A stretch of DNA of 64,000 nt from Azolla caroliniana (taxonomy: Eukaryota; Plantae; Polypodiophyta). The stretch is taken from NCBI GenBank assembly GCA_043228905.1, contig JBHGNT010000001.1:1364001-1428000 (forward strand), in the 5' to 3' direction. Positions 13,001 through 29,137 of the stretch are shown here, in pieces. Positions within the stretch are counted from its first letter, which is position 1, and every line of letters begins with the position of its first letter. The notes under the pieces are model-generated. The model saw nothing but the letters and a program-made list of their open reading frames with translations, did not search any database and was not told the DNA's origin. A program made the translations under genes and the position numbers.

Positions 13001-16000
13001 GGAATGATGTGGATAGTCATCCCAACAATATTCAATGTAGCAATATTTAGGGTTCTCAAAATTTTCACAAGGGTAGAAATTATATTTCTTGTTTCTTTAT
13101 TGATCTGAAAGCTCAGCAAAGAAAGGAAGATGAATTATAATCGAACAAGAGTTTACATCCTAAACTGCTGTCCCATTGTTGAGATCTTAATTAGTAAAAC
13201 TGCCTAGGGTACAGGATAATCTCGTTAGCCTAGGACTTAACAATCTGAGCCTGGATGAACTGAAATTTCTGGCTTCAAAAGGTTTCCAACATGAACCAAT
13301 CCAAGATGGGGAGGTTTCTGAAGAAAGGGAAGCACCGTCAGTGTTGGATGATAATGGCCTTCATTTGCTGATAATAAGAGTGATGGGGCCATGGTCCATC
13401 TAGATGTGGTATATCGCAACTCCTTTCGAATGTTGTGGTTGTGTAGCCATTTACTGAATTGTAGCATGAGTGATGGATCTAAAAATACATCTGAAAATGG
13501 TGATACATCTTGCAGAACAAAAATACATAAGTTTAAAATTAAATTAATAAATAATATTTCCTCAGTTGCCCTGGTTATCCATCAAGCAATTGGCAATCCA
13601 TATTAGCAATCAAACCATGATGATACCAATCTACCGAGGACAAATGGTATTGATCAAGTACAAAGAATCATGCAAAGATATGCCAAGGCTTCAAATAAAT
13701 AACTAAAGATGAATACTATGTCCAATTTCTTCTTTCTATTGTGGTTAATGGCTGCCAAATCCAATCAATATTTCCAGGCAATACTAATAAATTCCTAGAT
13801 AAAACATATCCTTGTATTTACATTCCCATCAAAATCCCTACATATTGAAAGAACATATTTTTCTCTCAAAAATATCTCATCAGAAAGTGATTCAAAACCA
13901 GATTTAAACGAAAATTTTGTATGAATGAACTCAAAAAGTGAACTAAATAAAGTTCCCACACAAAAAGGAAATGGAAATTTTGTATGAATGAACTCAAAAA
14001 GTGAACTAAATAAAGTTCCCACACAAAAAGGAAATTGGAAATTTGTATGAATGAACTCAAAAAGTGAACTAAATAAAGTTCCCACATGAAGAGGAACTGC
14101 AAACACAAAATTCATGAGGACACTACTCGTGAAAATACCCCCTCTTGAATGACCAGTTAAAAACTATTGAGTAGACTTGAATAAAGCAGGTATTCACTGT
14201 CATTTAATCTTTGTTTGTCATGATCAAGTTTGTGTTGGGAAACATGTCCCTCTCTGGATGGAAAGAGAAGGACTGAAACCGAAATTGAAATTGAAAACCG
14301 AAAACCAAAATAGTTTCGGATGGGAAGAGAAGGGCCGAAACTGAAACCGAAATCGAAATCGAAAACCGAAATCGTTTCGGAATTGTAAATAGTCAAAAAT
14401 GCCTCCTAGGGGCTATACTTGTAAATAGCCAGAAATTTGCTTTGGTTTATAAGCAACTAGAGCAAATCTTATAGTTAGAGGGTAGTTGATCATTATTGAA
14501 AAGTTAGAACGAGGTAGTTTCCTCTGTAACCGTGAGTGAGATAGTGAAAGTGTAACTCTGTACCCGTCTGTCAAATGAAGGAGAACTTGAGGTCGCTGCC
14601 TCCGAGTTCCGTATTTGTATTTCCTCTCCACTATAGTGATCTGTTTTCTCGGGGTTTGTGGACCCCCGTGGTTTTTCCCATTTCGGATTTTCCATGTAAA
14701 ATATCGGTGTCTCTGTGTCTTCACATTTTACTTGTCTGTGTACTAGTTCTTGGTTTCTGCACACGAATATGAACGTGAAACCAGTTGTGGCCGGTCGATT
14801 CCTAACAGTTTGCTCATCAGTGAGAAACTTAACTTTTTGGTTATCTTTCACAATTGTATAGATTCCCTTGATCTCTGATGATAGGCAGATTGTAAATTTA
14901 AAGTAAATATAAACAATGTTAAAGAAACTCGGCAAATACAGTTTTTCTTTGCTTAAGAAGAGACACAAAAAGAGTAAAAAATATGGATATGAATGAATAA
15001 AGCAATAGACTTGTCCATATGAGATAGGAATAGCCCAATAGACATTAATGGATCCAACAGCTGATAGCTGTTGTGATAGATCTACAATTAGTTTCACTTA
15101 TAAAATGAAAAGACCTTTATCAAGGAGTTCCTTCAGAAAGAAAGAAAGAAATATTAACACCTACTAAGAGACCAAAATGGCTTATACACTCGAGAATGAG
15201 TTCACATCTTAAAAGTTGCCCATTCTTTGAGAGAACATTAATTATCTAGTCCAATTAGAATAATGCAATCATGGAAGCTGCTTGTCGCATAGATAAAAAA
15301 AGAAAACACACTTTTACCTAAAAATGTACCTTTGAATAAACTGGCTTGTTCCGCTCAATCCTCTGCTTATACTGCTCTTGGCACCATCTTTTTTCTTCTT
15401 CAATCCTTTGCTTCTGCCTCAAAAACTCTCCATATAATCGTTTATGGACGGCTCTCTGGCTCACAAAAGTGAAGGCAATGCAATGACAACTAATGTCTAT
15501 AAACACAAGCTATGATCTTTCAATATGTGTAGCCAAACATACTGCTTGCTTACAGAGCTTTTTAGTTTTATGCACTTCCTTAACAAATAACAATCTATAA
15601 TCGTTCAATAAAATGTTTAGCCACACTTACTGCTTGATCTGAGAGCTGCTTAGTTTTACGTGGCTCCATGTCTACTTGATGACTGTTCTGACTTTTTGCT
15701 CGGCTCGTAAAAGTGGGTGAAAGTAAACTTTCTGAAAGTGATCTACTGACCTTCCTTTCATGGTTCTCTTGATTAAGGTGGTCTTTATCATCTTCTTGGC
15801 CTTTATCAGTGTCAGTGACATATTCAGCATCAGTGTGAGAAACCCAATTTTTATCTGTGTTTTGTTGGGCCTGCATTGAAGCTGCTTCATCTGTATACAC
15901 CATCCCATCCTGAGATGCAAACCGGATACTCTTGTCGACTTTACTGTTTGAATATCCATCGATACACCAAAACTGGGTTATAGTCATACTACAGATTTGC

Positions 16001-16019
16001 GATGTTTTATATATCTATA

Positions 16020-16058
<39 letters not shown>

Positions 16059-18142
16059 TTAAGGCTCTGATTCAGAAAGTTTCAAGTAAAATCAGTAATA
16101 TGTAAACGTCCTCTTAAACCTCACATGCCCACCATACACTAAAATCAATATAGTCCCATATCTTCATGGTTAACAACGGAATACCATCATCCATCCTGAT
16201 ATCAGTGTCTTAGATATTGTTTCTTGACACAAATCTATTGTGATAAATGAAAATCAAATCCAACATCAAATTTAATACCAACTTCTCACCCTTGAAACGC
16301 CCCATTTTTAAAGCAGGCACACACGTATGTCAGAAATTACTCAAAGTTTCATGAACTATGATTCATGGAGGATTGCTCATTCAGAAAATACAGCACACAA
16401 ACAAGATTCATCTCATTTTTGCATCACAACTACTCATTTCATACTATATTGTCTTCTGCAGTATTATGTCGTCTTCTATTGTATTATAGTCTTCTACTGT
16501 ATTATATCATCTTCTATGAACTATCAATAAAAAAAAGTAAAACAAAAAGGGCCAATCATCTGCTGGTTTGGCCAACAGGGTCTCAAATTCACTGTTCAAG
16601 ACCAATCTAGATTCCTGAATGTATGATTGAGTCATAAAACGTCCAATATCTTAAGGAGATCCTTTGTTTTTTTAATGAATATTTCGATGGTGAAATTAAT
16701 CTAAATTTTACTATTTGGGCTTTTATCATCATATTCCCGTTGAATTTCCTAGGGCAGTTTCAGGGCCTAAACAATGCTCGTGCACACACTACACACACTA
16801 CACATAGTTACATACATACATACATACATATATATTATGTACATGAAAGCTTATCATAACCAAGAAATCAAATAAAGTACAGACACAAAGAGGAGAAACA
16901 CTAGAAACTATTCAACTATAAGGAAAAAGAAATCAAAATGATATAATGTTTCTATGAGAGAGGCAAGAAAAAGTAAATATACGTAAATCAATGCATGAGT
17001 TTCAGGATCATTGAATACAATGACATTATTTTTTGACATGAATATATAATCTCTATAAGTTTTATATGTAAATCAATGCATGGATTTCTCGCATAGAGTG
17101 ACATGACGCTCAACCATGTAAAAAAGAGTAAGACAAAATGATAAGATCCCTTTCATATAGCTTTGTATGAGAGTCTACATGAGATATATATATCCACGCA
17201 CTTTGTTTAAACCAGCATATGCATTGGTTTAAGAGATAGGCAATCACAATATGAATATCGCAGAAAAAACTTATATTCTAATTAATCAACCAATAAGTAT
17301 GCATATAAAAACGACAAATAGCTTTTTAAACATCTACATTTAATGCACAATTGCAACCAATTTGTCTCGGTGAGAATATCTGACATTTGAATACGTATCC
17401 ATATCTATACATATGATCTACTCATGCTGAATATGCACCTCTTCACATTTTCATAGCAGAAAGAGGAAACCATTTCAAACAAAATTAAGAGAGAGTAGAG
17501 TTTTACCTTATCCTGTGCACCTCTTCGACAATATGCTCAGTAAGTGGGGCAACATATTTTTCTGGTAACAAATGAGTTTCACAAAACTTAGTGGCTGCAG
17601 ACTCCGCACAATCACCATCTCGTATTTCAATGTAATCTAAGTGTCCGTCTTCAACCTCCACACTGATAGCCAAAAGTATTCGCCTCTCCTCATCATCCAG
17701 GAATGCTAGAGACAATCAATTTCATTTTGAGATATTTTTTCAGTACTCTATAGGTTTAAGAATGAAAAAATGTAAGGCTAGATGTACAAACATTTATCTC
17801 CAAAACCATGTTCAGATGGAGAAGTCTGCTCTGAATATGGTAGGAAAATAGTAGAAGGAAAATTGTGACTCTGCGAAGCACCACCCTGAAAATGTATAGA
17901 GAAATACATCTTCATCTCAGTGAGAAAGGATATTTGTCAAGACTAACCATGATTTTTCAGGATCATAGAATACAATGACAGTATTTTTTAACCTGACTTC
18001 CTTTGGACTCATCATCCGCTACCTCTCCGTGATTACCCTCATACTCTCCACTCTGGGAGGTATCAAAAATGTTAGACTGTTCGAGCCAATTCAAGCTTGC
18101 AGACTCATCGGTGTTCAAATACCTTGATGAGTGTCTCGTCAT
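7075..18142 (-). CDS. Uncharacterised protein with repeated (E)xTFxPxI/N motifs, coiled-coil segments and a C-terminal EF-hand; about 13 coding exons
   Basis: Phase-consistent exons, approximately: 18142-17993, 17886-~17790, 17705-17507, 15988-15631, 15456-15330, 12794-12616, 12501-12403, 12315-12156, 11967-11736, 11013-10803, 8058-7912, 7800-7667, 7237-7075 (TAA). Motifs: LTLKPEI, ECTFRPRVN, VTFRPIIN, LFRPKIGR, ECTFRPSI. The EF-hand loop DKDK|DGFID is split by an intron. The N-terminal region includes ISVEVEDGHLDYIEIRDGDCAESAATKFCETHLLP. A 5'UTR intron acceptor lies at about 18201. Confidence 0.85.
8065..10700 (-). mobile_element. Degenerate 5'-truncated LINE (L1-like) filling most of a gene 1 intron
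   Basis: The family 3' tail (..AATATATCTTACATTCTTTTTT) is at 8065-8165. Minus-strand remnants FLWEK...VGGLE (~9390-9485) and GHLSLCAD (~9790-9815) resemble the L1 FLW..GGLG and HLLFADD motifs. Many stops. Confidence 0.45.
13911..14086. repeat. 63-bp tandem repeat, about 2.8 copies, intronic
   Basis: ATGAATGAACTCAAAAAGTGAACTAAATAAAGTTCCCACA recurs at 13921, 13984 and 14047. Confidence 0.92.
14233..14807 (+). mobile_element. Solo LTR (575 bp, Ty1/copia-like) in a gene 1 intron
   Basis: Starts TGTTGGGAA and ends TTCCTAACA (imperfect terminal inverted repeat, TG..CA). Flanked by a perfect 5-bp TSD GTTTG at 14228-14232 and 14808-14812. Contains a U5-like GTGGTTTTTCCCATTTCGGATTTTCCATGT segment and no internal coding region. 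Confidence 0.9.
16024..16056. repeat. (TG)n microsatellite
   Basis: Uninterrupted TG run in a gene 1 intron. Confidence 0.95.
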
Positions 18143-18589
18143 GACATCCACAAGATTGAAAAGCTACAGAAATTACTCGTCCCTATCCAGCCATACCAAC
18201 CTGTGCATGACTTATAGAGTATTAGTTTTAAAATAATGAGAACAAAACATAGTGAATCACGACAACTCGTTTGAGGATGTTTGCAAAACTGCTTAGTTTA
18301 TCAAATATGATGGATTTTTTTCGCACACAAGATAACAAAATCCCTGTTTTTCAAAGAAACAATGTCATTTGTTCTACAACACTATGTATGGTTGTTGAGG
18401 AGAAGTTAAATACGTAGATCAATATATTTTTAGCATCCATGGGAGACCAATCACAATCTACAGGATGGGACCAAGCCCATGGAGAGGACCGAATTTACTA
18501 AATCCAGTGAATGCGAAGGAGCGTCGACAAAGCAGTGTATGATAAAGAGAGAACTTACAAAATCCAGTGCATGAGGAGGAACATAGGCA

Positions 18590-18850
18590 ATGATACATAC
18601 CTGTGTTTAATGCATGACCATGAATGATGCCATGATCCTGTCCTGTGTATGATGCACAATCATGTCTGTGTATGATTCATTACCGTGTACGATGCATAAC
18701 CATGTGCGAACAATGTCTGTGCATGATGCATTACCATGTACGATGCATGACCATGCCTTATGTTCTATGTATGAAGCATAATCATGCTTGAGTCGAAGAC
18801 CATTTGTGATGCATAACCATGCATGATTCCATGAAAATGTAATGTTTCTG
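18590..18850. repeat. Degenerate short-period repeat (GATGCATAACCATG-like) in the gene 1 5'UTR intron
   Basis: Variants of GATGCAT(A/G/T)ACCATG recur roughly every 20-35 bp. Confidence 0.7.
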
Positions 18851-20099
18851 TATCGAGCTGCATTAATGAATCAATATGTGTCTCTCGTTGGAGAAGGAAC
18901 AGAGGAATATACCCTTTTTAGCATATAATCAATTGAGAAACATTTAGACAACGATTCATTTGCTTTTCTTTCTCTTCCTCTGCCTCTCTGCTTCTTCTTT
19001 CTTTTGTTTTCTTTCTCTGTTTCCAGTGAATCGGATTGGGTGAGGCTTCTCTGCAAATGGGATCGTGTCAGCAGACCCACCCTCTCTCCTCTCCTTGCAG
19101 TTGTTCCTTTCTTTTAACGATTTCTTGTCTAGTGTACATATTTCTTTCCTATTGCGGGAGAAGGAAAAGGAACACACAAACAAATACAAAACGAAAAAAA
19201 CAAAATTACAAAATGTACCCCTGCCCCCCTTTCAATTCAACTTTTTAATAATTTTCACAAAATACCCTTCAACCGATCTCTTTCTTAAAAAATTTGGCCT
19301 CCTCACTTCAATGGCAGCACCCTGCATCAACTAAAATGAATGCAGGCGTGTTTTCGTTTGATGGAGATAATTAACAAGAAGATGCATTCTGGTAAACTCT
19401 TGGGATCAAATTCAACACGTGGTCATATCTTCGATAAGTTTCAAACCCAAATGAACAACTAAGGGCATTTGTCGGTGATTTTTGCAAAAACTTCATCATG
19501 CTCGAGGGTATTATGTTATTTTGTTACAACTCGGGGTGTCTTGGTGCTTTGTGTTTCAAATCCTAGTAATCAATCAAATCTTAAATTTGCCACTTTCTAC
19601 AATTTTTCCTAAATTTTGAAAGTCTCTTCAACGAACAATTAGGACATTTTTTTATCATTTATGGAGTTTGTCGATGAGCATGAGTATTATCGGTAACGTT
19701 TAGAAATCATTAATAACTAGGGGTGTTTTTGGTAGTTTAATGTAAAAACAACTAAGGGGATAGCCATCTTTTACAAATACATGGGGGTATTCAACAATTA
19801 TGGCAAAGTGTTCGAAGTTTGGGCTTCATTTTGGTGTTTTCCCGTCTCTAGACTTAGTTTATCCCAAATTTGTTAAATTCATCCTCCAACTTCAAACAAG
19901 TATATGAAACTAGAAGTTCACAAATATCCCGCAACCCAACTTTGTAAAATTAAACCTTTTTCAATAATAAGGCATATCCACTTCTCTGTTATTAGATCAA
20001 ATCATGTCCTTATGAGAACATGGATCAATTGGTTGTATTGGTTATGAGCCCATTGCACAATTGAATAACAAAGTAGAAGTTCACCACAACTCTATCATG

Positions 20100-20700
20100 T
20101 GCTCATTGCATTTGCTTTGGAACTATTGTGTCAACGAAGCCTTCAAGAATGGGAAACTCAACTATTCCCAAAATGACATCCTCCGTGATCATTGAGATCA
20201 AACTACGATGGCAGATGCCATGGCAAGGAGTTAACATGGTCATGAACCTCTAGGAATTTCCATGGTATTGACAATAGGGAATCGTTATGGTGACAATTCT
20301 CTAGCAAAATTTACACCCCACCATCCAAGCCATGTTTATGATACTCTAGGATAACACAACTTAGGTTTTCCATTGGTAAAGACAATTGCGCATATGGTCC
20401 AATTTTGCATTGTTGGTCGTCATCATTCGTTTTATTCAGGTAAGTGACTATAATAATTACAACTAGAACTTAAAGAAGTGCATGAGGAAGCGATTGATGC
20501 ATCTATTAAGGAAGGATTGTACCCTTAAAGTATGAGAACGTGTTGAATCAAAACTCATACCCATTCTACAAGACCAAAAAGAAAGAAATTAAGGAAGAAG
20601 AGGTGCACATTGGGTCATGAAAAGTTGTATTTGCACAAATGATAGGCTTGCCCATATATGTAGATTGGCCGCTCATTGAGTTATCTATGGCCACATTGTC
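20100..20700 (+). mobile_element. Possible degenerate non-LTR retrotransposon RT remnant
   Basis: IKEGLYP*S (~20505-20530) followed by EVHIGS*KVVFAQ resembles xKQGCPLSP...LxFADD. Heavily decayed. Confidence 0.25.
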
Positions 20701-21250
20701 TTGAAAAATGTCCCACCCTTATAATAGGATGGGAGATACGATTGTATCACATGATGTGGGTAGTTTGGATATTCTACGCACCTCCTTCCCAGATTGTTTC
20801 TCTTTCTTTGTTGATTTCACTACCTTTGTCTTTCTGTTTTTTCATCTCATAGATTGCAATCGGTTTTGTGTGGTTGTTAATAATCTCTCTCCCTCCCTCC
20901 CCCCCCTCTCTCTCTCTCACACACACACACACAAAATCTACTATCGATGTTGAATATACTTGACCATCATTAGAATGATCGATTAATTCATTATATGGGT
21001 ACTAACCCAGAACCTAACCTCAACATATTTAAGGCCATCATAACCAACTCACCTACTTACGGTTGGTAAGTTTGTACCAAAACAACAGAAAATGCATACC
21101 ACCCAAGGGCCACATAGGGTTAGTCCCATAATCGGACACGAAAAGCGAGAAAATGGAGTCAGATGAGCAAACACGGAGAGCCAATAAAGCCGATATGGGC
21201 GGGTGCCCGATGCGGTGCGGTCGGAGGGAACAATAAGAATCCACGTTATT

Positions 21251-21355
21251 TACATACATACATACATACATACAGATACATACATACATACATACATACA
21301 TACATACATACATACATACATACATACATACATACATACATACATACATACATAC
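21251..21355. repeat. (TACA)n microsatellite, about 26 units, about 150 bp upstream of the gene 2 ATG
   Basis: Read directly. It explains the spurious YIHT and MYVC ORFs. Confidence 0.95.
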
Positions 21356-21503
21356 AGTCTTACAGATATATACATACATTACATACGTATGTATTGTATT
21401 GTATTGTATGTACATATTTTGAGGCCCACTAAGCAATTGCAGCTGCTGTTTCTTTATTTTTCTTTATTTTTTCTTCTTCTTCTTCTTCTTCTTTTTGTTG
21501 GTC

Positions 21504-25476
<3,973 letters not shown>

Positions 25477-26349
25477 CTCTCATAAACATTCCTTTGTGTG
25501 AACTACTACTAAGTTTGTATACTTATCCTTTAACTAAATACATGAAATAATAATGCTCGTTGAAGAATTGAAGATTATAGTGAAAGTGTGTTCAAAGCTG
25601 ACTTTATAATCGCATATAATTATTTTCAATTCATCTTTGGAAACTGGTTTCATCACTTGGTTAAAAAAGAAAGGTGTGATATAAACATATGTACTTGGGA
25701 AGAGGAAAGCATCAGATCCCATCCATATGCATGTGCTTTTGTATATCTTGCTTGAAATGTGTATGCCTTTTTTGCTCTTTTGTCACTATCTATTAATCAA
25801 GGGGGCATTCCATAAGCATTGAATACGAAATTAAGTTAAATGGTTCTTCATTTCCTCCAGGAAAAAATTGTCTTTTCTATTCAGATTCTCCTAACCTACC
25901 GCTTCCTCTCAGTTATATATGGGTATTTAAAAAAGTTTTTCAACATATAATGAAACTTGGGCATTTGGGGAAATAATGGAGTTCTTCCTTTTTTCTGTTG
26001 GTTTCTGTTGGATTTATTGGAATTGATCTTGGCAATGTCACATACAACAAGAAGATACACTACTTTAATGTTGGTAATGTATAGAGAAGATTTCTTCTTT
26101 GATATCTTGGCATCACTCCAACTTTTAATGCATGGAATCATGAGGTGAGGAATTGGAAGGTGCCTTCAATAAAAGAATCCAATTGATGGCAATGGAACTC
26201 AAATCTGTAACTGTGCCCTGTGTGTAAATTTGAAAATTTAAGTAAGTTTGTACCTCTTCAACTTCATGTTCTTCATTTAATGCTTTTACTTTTTGTGCTG
26301 ATCTTGTAATTTGACCTCTTGACAATGTTTTGAATCTTGAACATCTCCC

Positions 26350-27050
26350 TTGAATTTGTTTGTCATGCGAGGATCGATGAATCTAACTTGGCAACCCATT
26401 AATAGCCATAGAGTCAATGCATGGGGACTAATCTTGTTGTAACTTCATCATCATATTTGAATCTTCATTATCTCCATGAATTTGTTTGTCATGCAAGTAA
26501 ATAGGCAACCCATTAAAATGGCGATAGAATCATTCCATTGGGATTGATATAAAATTGTAGAGAAAAATTGATAGATTTTCATTTCTACGTTGATGTATAA
26601 ACATTGTGGAACACATGTCACCAAGGATAATGAATAGTTGCATTTATTTAGTTGTAGGTGAATTTGTTTGTCATACAAGTAAATACATTAAAATAATCAT
26701 ATAATCATTGCATTGGGATTGATATAAAATTGTCGATACAAATTGCTCAACCATAGATTGTCATTTCTACATTGAACAAGAGATTGTATAAACATTACGG
26801 AGCACATGTAATCATGGATAATGAACAGTTGCGTTTATTGTAGTTGGGTTGGTGAATTTGTTTGTCATGCAAGTAAATAGGCAACCTATTAAAATAGTTG
26901 TAGAATCATTCCATTGGGATTGATATAAAATTGTAGAGACAAATTGCTCAACCATAGATTGTCACGTCTATGTTGAACAAGAGGTTGTATAAACATTGTG
27001 GAGTACATGTAAACAAGGATAATGATTAGTTGTGTTTATTGTAGTTGGGA
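26350..27050. repeat. Diverged tandem repeat of about 180-200 bp, about 3.5 copies
   Basis: GAATTTGTTTGTCAT recurs at about 26352, 26478, 26660 and 26854. CATTGGGATTGATATAAAATTGT occurs three times. Confidence 0.85.
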
Positions 27051-27124
27051 GGTGGAAGCTAAGCCTCCCACTAGTGTATACAATAGGGATGTTGAGGTCA
27101 ATATCAAACACAAAGAACTTAGAG

Positions 27125-27480
27125 CAAAGAAAGAGAAAAAGAAAGATATATTAATGTCTTTAAGGCCAAAATGGCCTACAAGACCAAATAAGAGCTTAAT
27201 CTTGAGTGTTTTCTCTTTGAGAACAAATCAAAATAAAATAAATATACACAATAAATATAAAAGTAAATAAGATGAAAAAAGAGAAGAAACGAAAGAATCT
27301 AGTTTTTGGCACATGTGAGATTCTCAAGTTAGGTATATAATATATTGTAGCTTTTGTCTTCGAAAGATCTCTAGCATAGGTCGATCTAGAATGGAAATGT
27401 CTACAAAGCGAGGGAAGCACCTAAAATGGCAAGAGATGATGGCTTTTATTTGTCAAGGTCATGGTACATGGGGCCGGGGC
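27125..27480 (-). mobile_element. LINE-like 3' end; representative of a dispersed family (related copies at ~6695, 8065, 15135, 33061, 35103, 38535-38810 on +, 53160, 58463)
   Basis: Shared blocks: GAAAGATATATTAA..TTTAAG(A)GGCCAAAATGGCCTA, GAGATTCTCAAGT, TTCGAAAGATCTCTAGCATAGG and GCGAGGGAA. On the element strand they encode a shared peptide remnant QIKAIIS..FPRFxDxSILxxPMLEIFR and end in a TATATC(TTTC)n tail. Confidence 0.7.
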
Positions 27481-28103
27481 CTACATGCACAACAAATTGC
27501 TATTGCCTAATCAATTGTAACCCCTTTGTTATGTCCTAGTTTGGGGCCTTGTAGCATTAGTAGGAGTGATGAGGCTAAAGAAAGTTGTGATTGTTCTATG
27601 TGGATGAGCTTGTGTCGCTATATTCTTTTGCAAAGGAGAATGACAATTTCTCTCCACTTGGAAGAGTTCCAATACTTCAACATGTGATGAAAGAAGGGAG
27701 ACAACAAGAACAAAGAAGGGAATAACTATAAACCCTCGACTCAAACCAAATCAAACTCTTAAAACCATGTTTTACAATTAATCTATTCAGTTTTTATTTA
27801 CTTAATAGTTTAGTTTAATAATTTAATATTACTAATGGTTTAATTAGGGATTTCATTTACATTTCCCATTAAATGGTTCAATTAAATTTCAACTTTTGCT
27901 TGGTCTAAATGGTTCAGTTTCACCGTTCCCTTCCACCATATTCAGACAAATGATACTAAATGTACATAATGGGTGAGGTTTTGAATGAAAGTCCACAAAG
28001 TGATGTAGCATGCCAACCTCCAAGGAACAACAATCAGAAACATAAGAGAATTTAACTGCCCATATCGATACAAGCACACCTGAGAATGCATGTAAAGATG
28101 AAT

Positions 28104-28420
28104 ACAGAATGAAGGAAACACACAATCTCCTGTCTATAGCAAAAGGGTTAAGATTCCAAAATAGAGTATATCACATTTTCTGTGCTGCTTGCCTGCTCCC
28201 TTCTATGCGCACAGAATGAAGAAAACACACAATCTCCTGTCTATAGAAAAAGGGTTAAGATCCCAAAATAGAGTAAATATCACAATTTTCTGTGCTGCTT
28301 ACCTGCTCCCTTCTATGCGCACAGAATGAAGAAAACACACAATCTCCTATCTATAGAAAAAGGGTTAAGATCCCAAAATAGAGTAAATATCACAATTTTC
28401 TGTGCTGCTTGCCTGCTCCC
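28104..28420. repeat. Tandem repeat of about 107-110 bp, 3 near-identical copies, downstream of INTS1
   Basis: ACAGAATGAAG..CACACAATCTCCT starts at 28104, 28211 and 28321. Confidence 0.93.
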
Positions 28421-29137
28421 ATATCCAAGATTATGCAGTAGCACTCGCAACTATAATAAAATCACGGTATTTGAACTGGTCATCCAATAGAATGACATTC
28501 TGTATGTATCTCTCGCATATATTTCTTTTCCAAACACCTCCCCATACTTATCTTGGCATTGCTGTGTCCCGAGAGTGCTTGCTGTTTCTTTAATCCGGAT
28601 AGGGTTTGCTATGTCGAATGCTTTCTATATATTAACTTCTATTACTGATGACTCACTTTCTATTTATTTTCCCAAAGAATATTTACTTAATGCTCCATAT
28701 TCCAAGACTACATGCAATTTCTTATGTTTATACTCTGATCAATGTCAGAGATATAAATGGGGGTAGGAATGCCTCCTATAATACAACGCTGATATTTTTG
28801 TGTCCATCACCTAACAAGCCCGAAAGAGCGAGTACATAAGAGTGGGACGACTTCATTTCAGTGGCAGATCAGTGGCCATGTATAAGCTGCTTACCTGAGA
28901 GAATAATTACAAATTTAAAGCTCACGTGTATCAGTGGACACCAATGCAAAAGGAGATCTGGGCCTCATTCATCTAAAACTCTCTTTTGTACAAGAGTTAC
29001 GTCTAGAGAACAGAAATGCTTCAAATAGAGAGACAATATCTTCTTTGCATTTAGGCAAATTCATACCACCTGCGATTTCAATTCAGTGAATGCAACCAGC
29101 ATATGAAGCAATAGTTTTACTCTTAAGGCCTGATTCC

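Noticed and set aside
13237-13480. Possible additional gene 1 exon
   Set aside because: It contains a stop in the required phase, and the flanking exons join cleanly without it.
14413-15097. 103-aa and 197-aa ORFs
   Set aside because: They overlap the solo LTR and intron on the antisense strand and have no recognisable motif.
15575-15585. TTCCTTAAC U12 branch consensus (also at about 51668)
   Set aside because: The first is on the non-coding strand. The second is deep in a TE-derived intron with no U12 donor.
17925-17934. ATATCCTTT (AT-AC U12 donor consensus) on the minus strand
   Set aside because: It lies inside an ordinary in-phase GT-AG intron, and no matching branch site or AC was found.
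18590-18850. Repeat-spacer-like array resembling a CRISPR
   Set aside because: The repeats are short and degenerate, the 'spacers' resemble each other, there are no cas genes, and the context is a eukaryotic intron.
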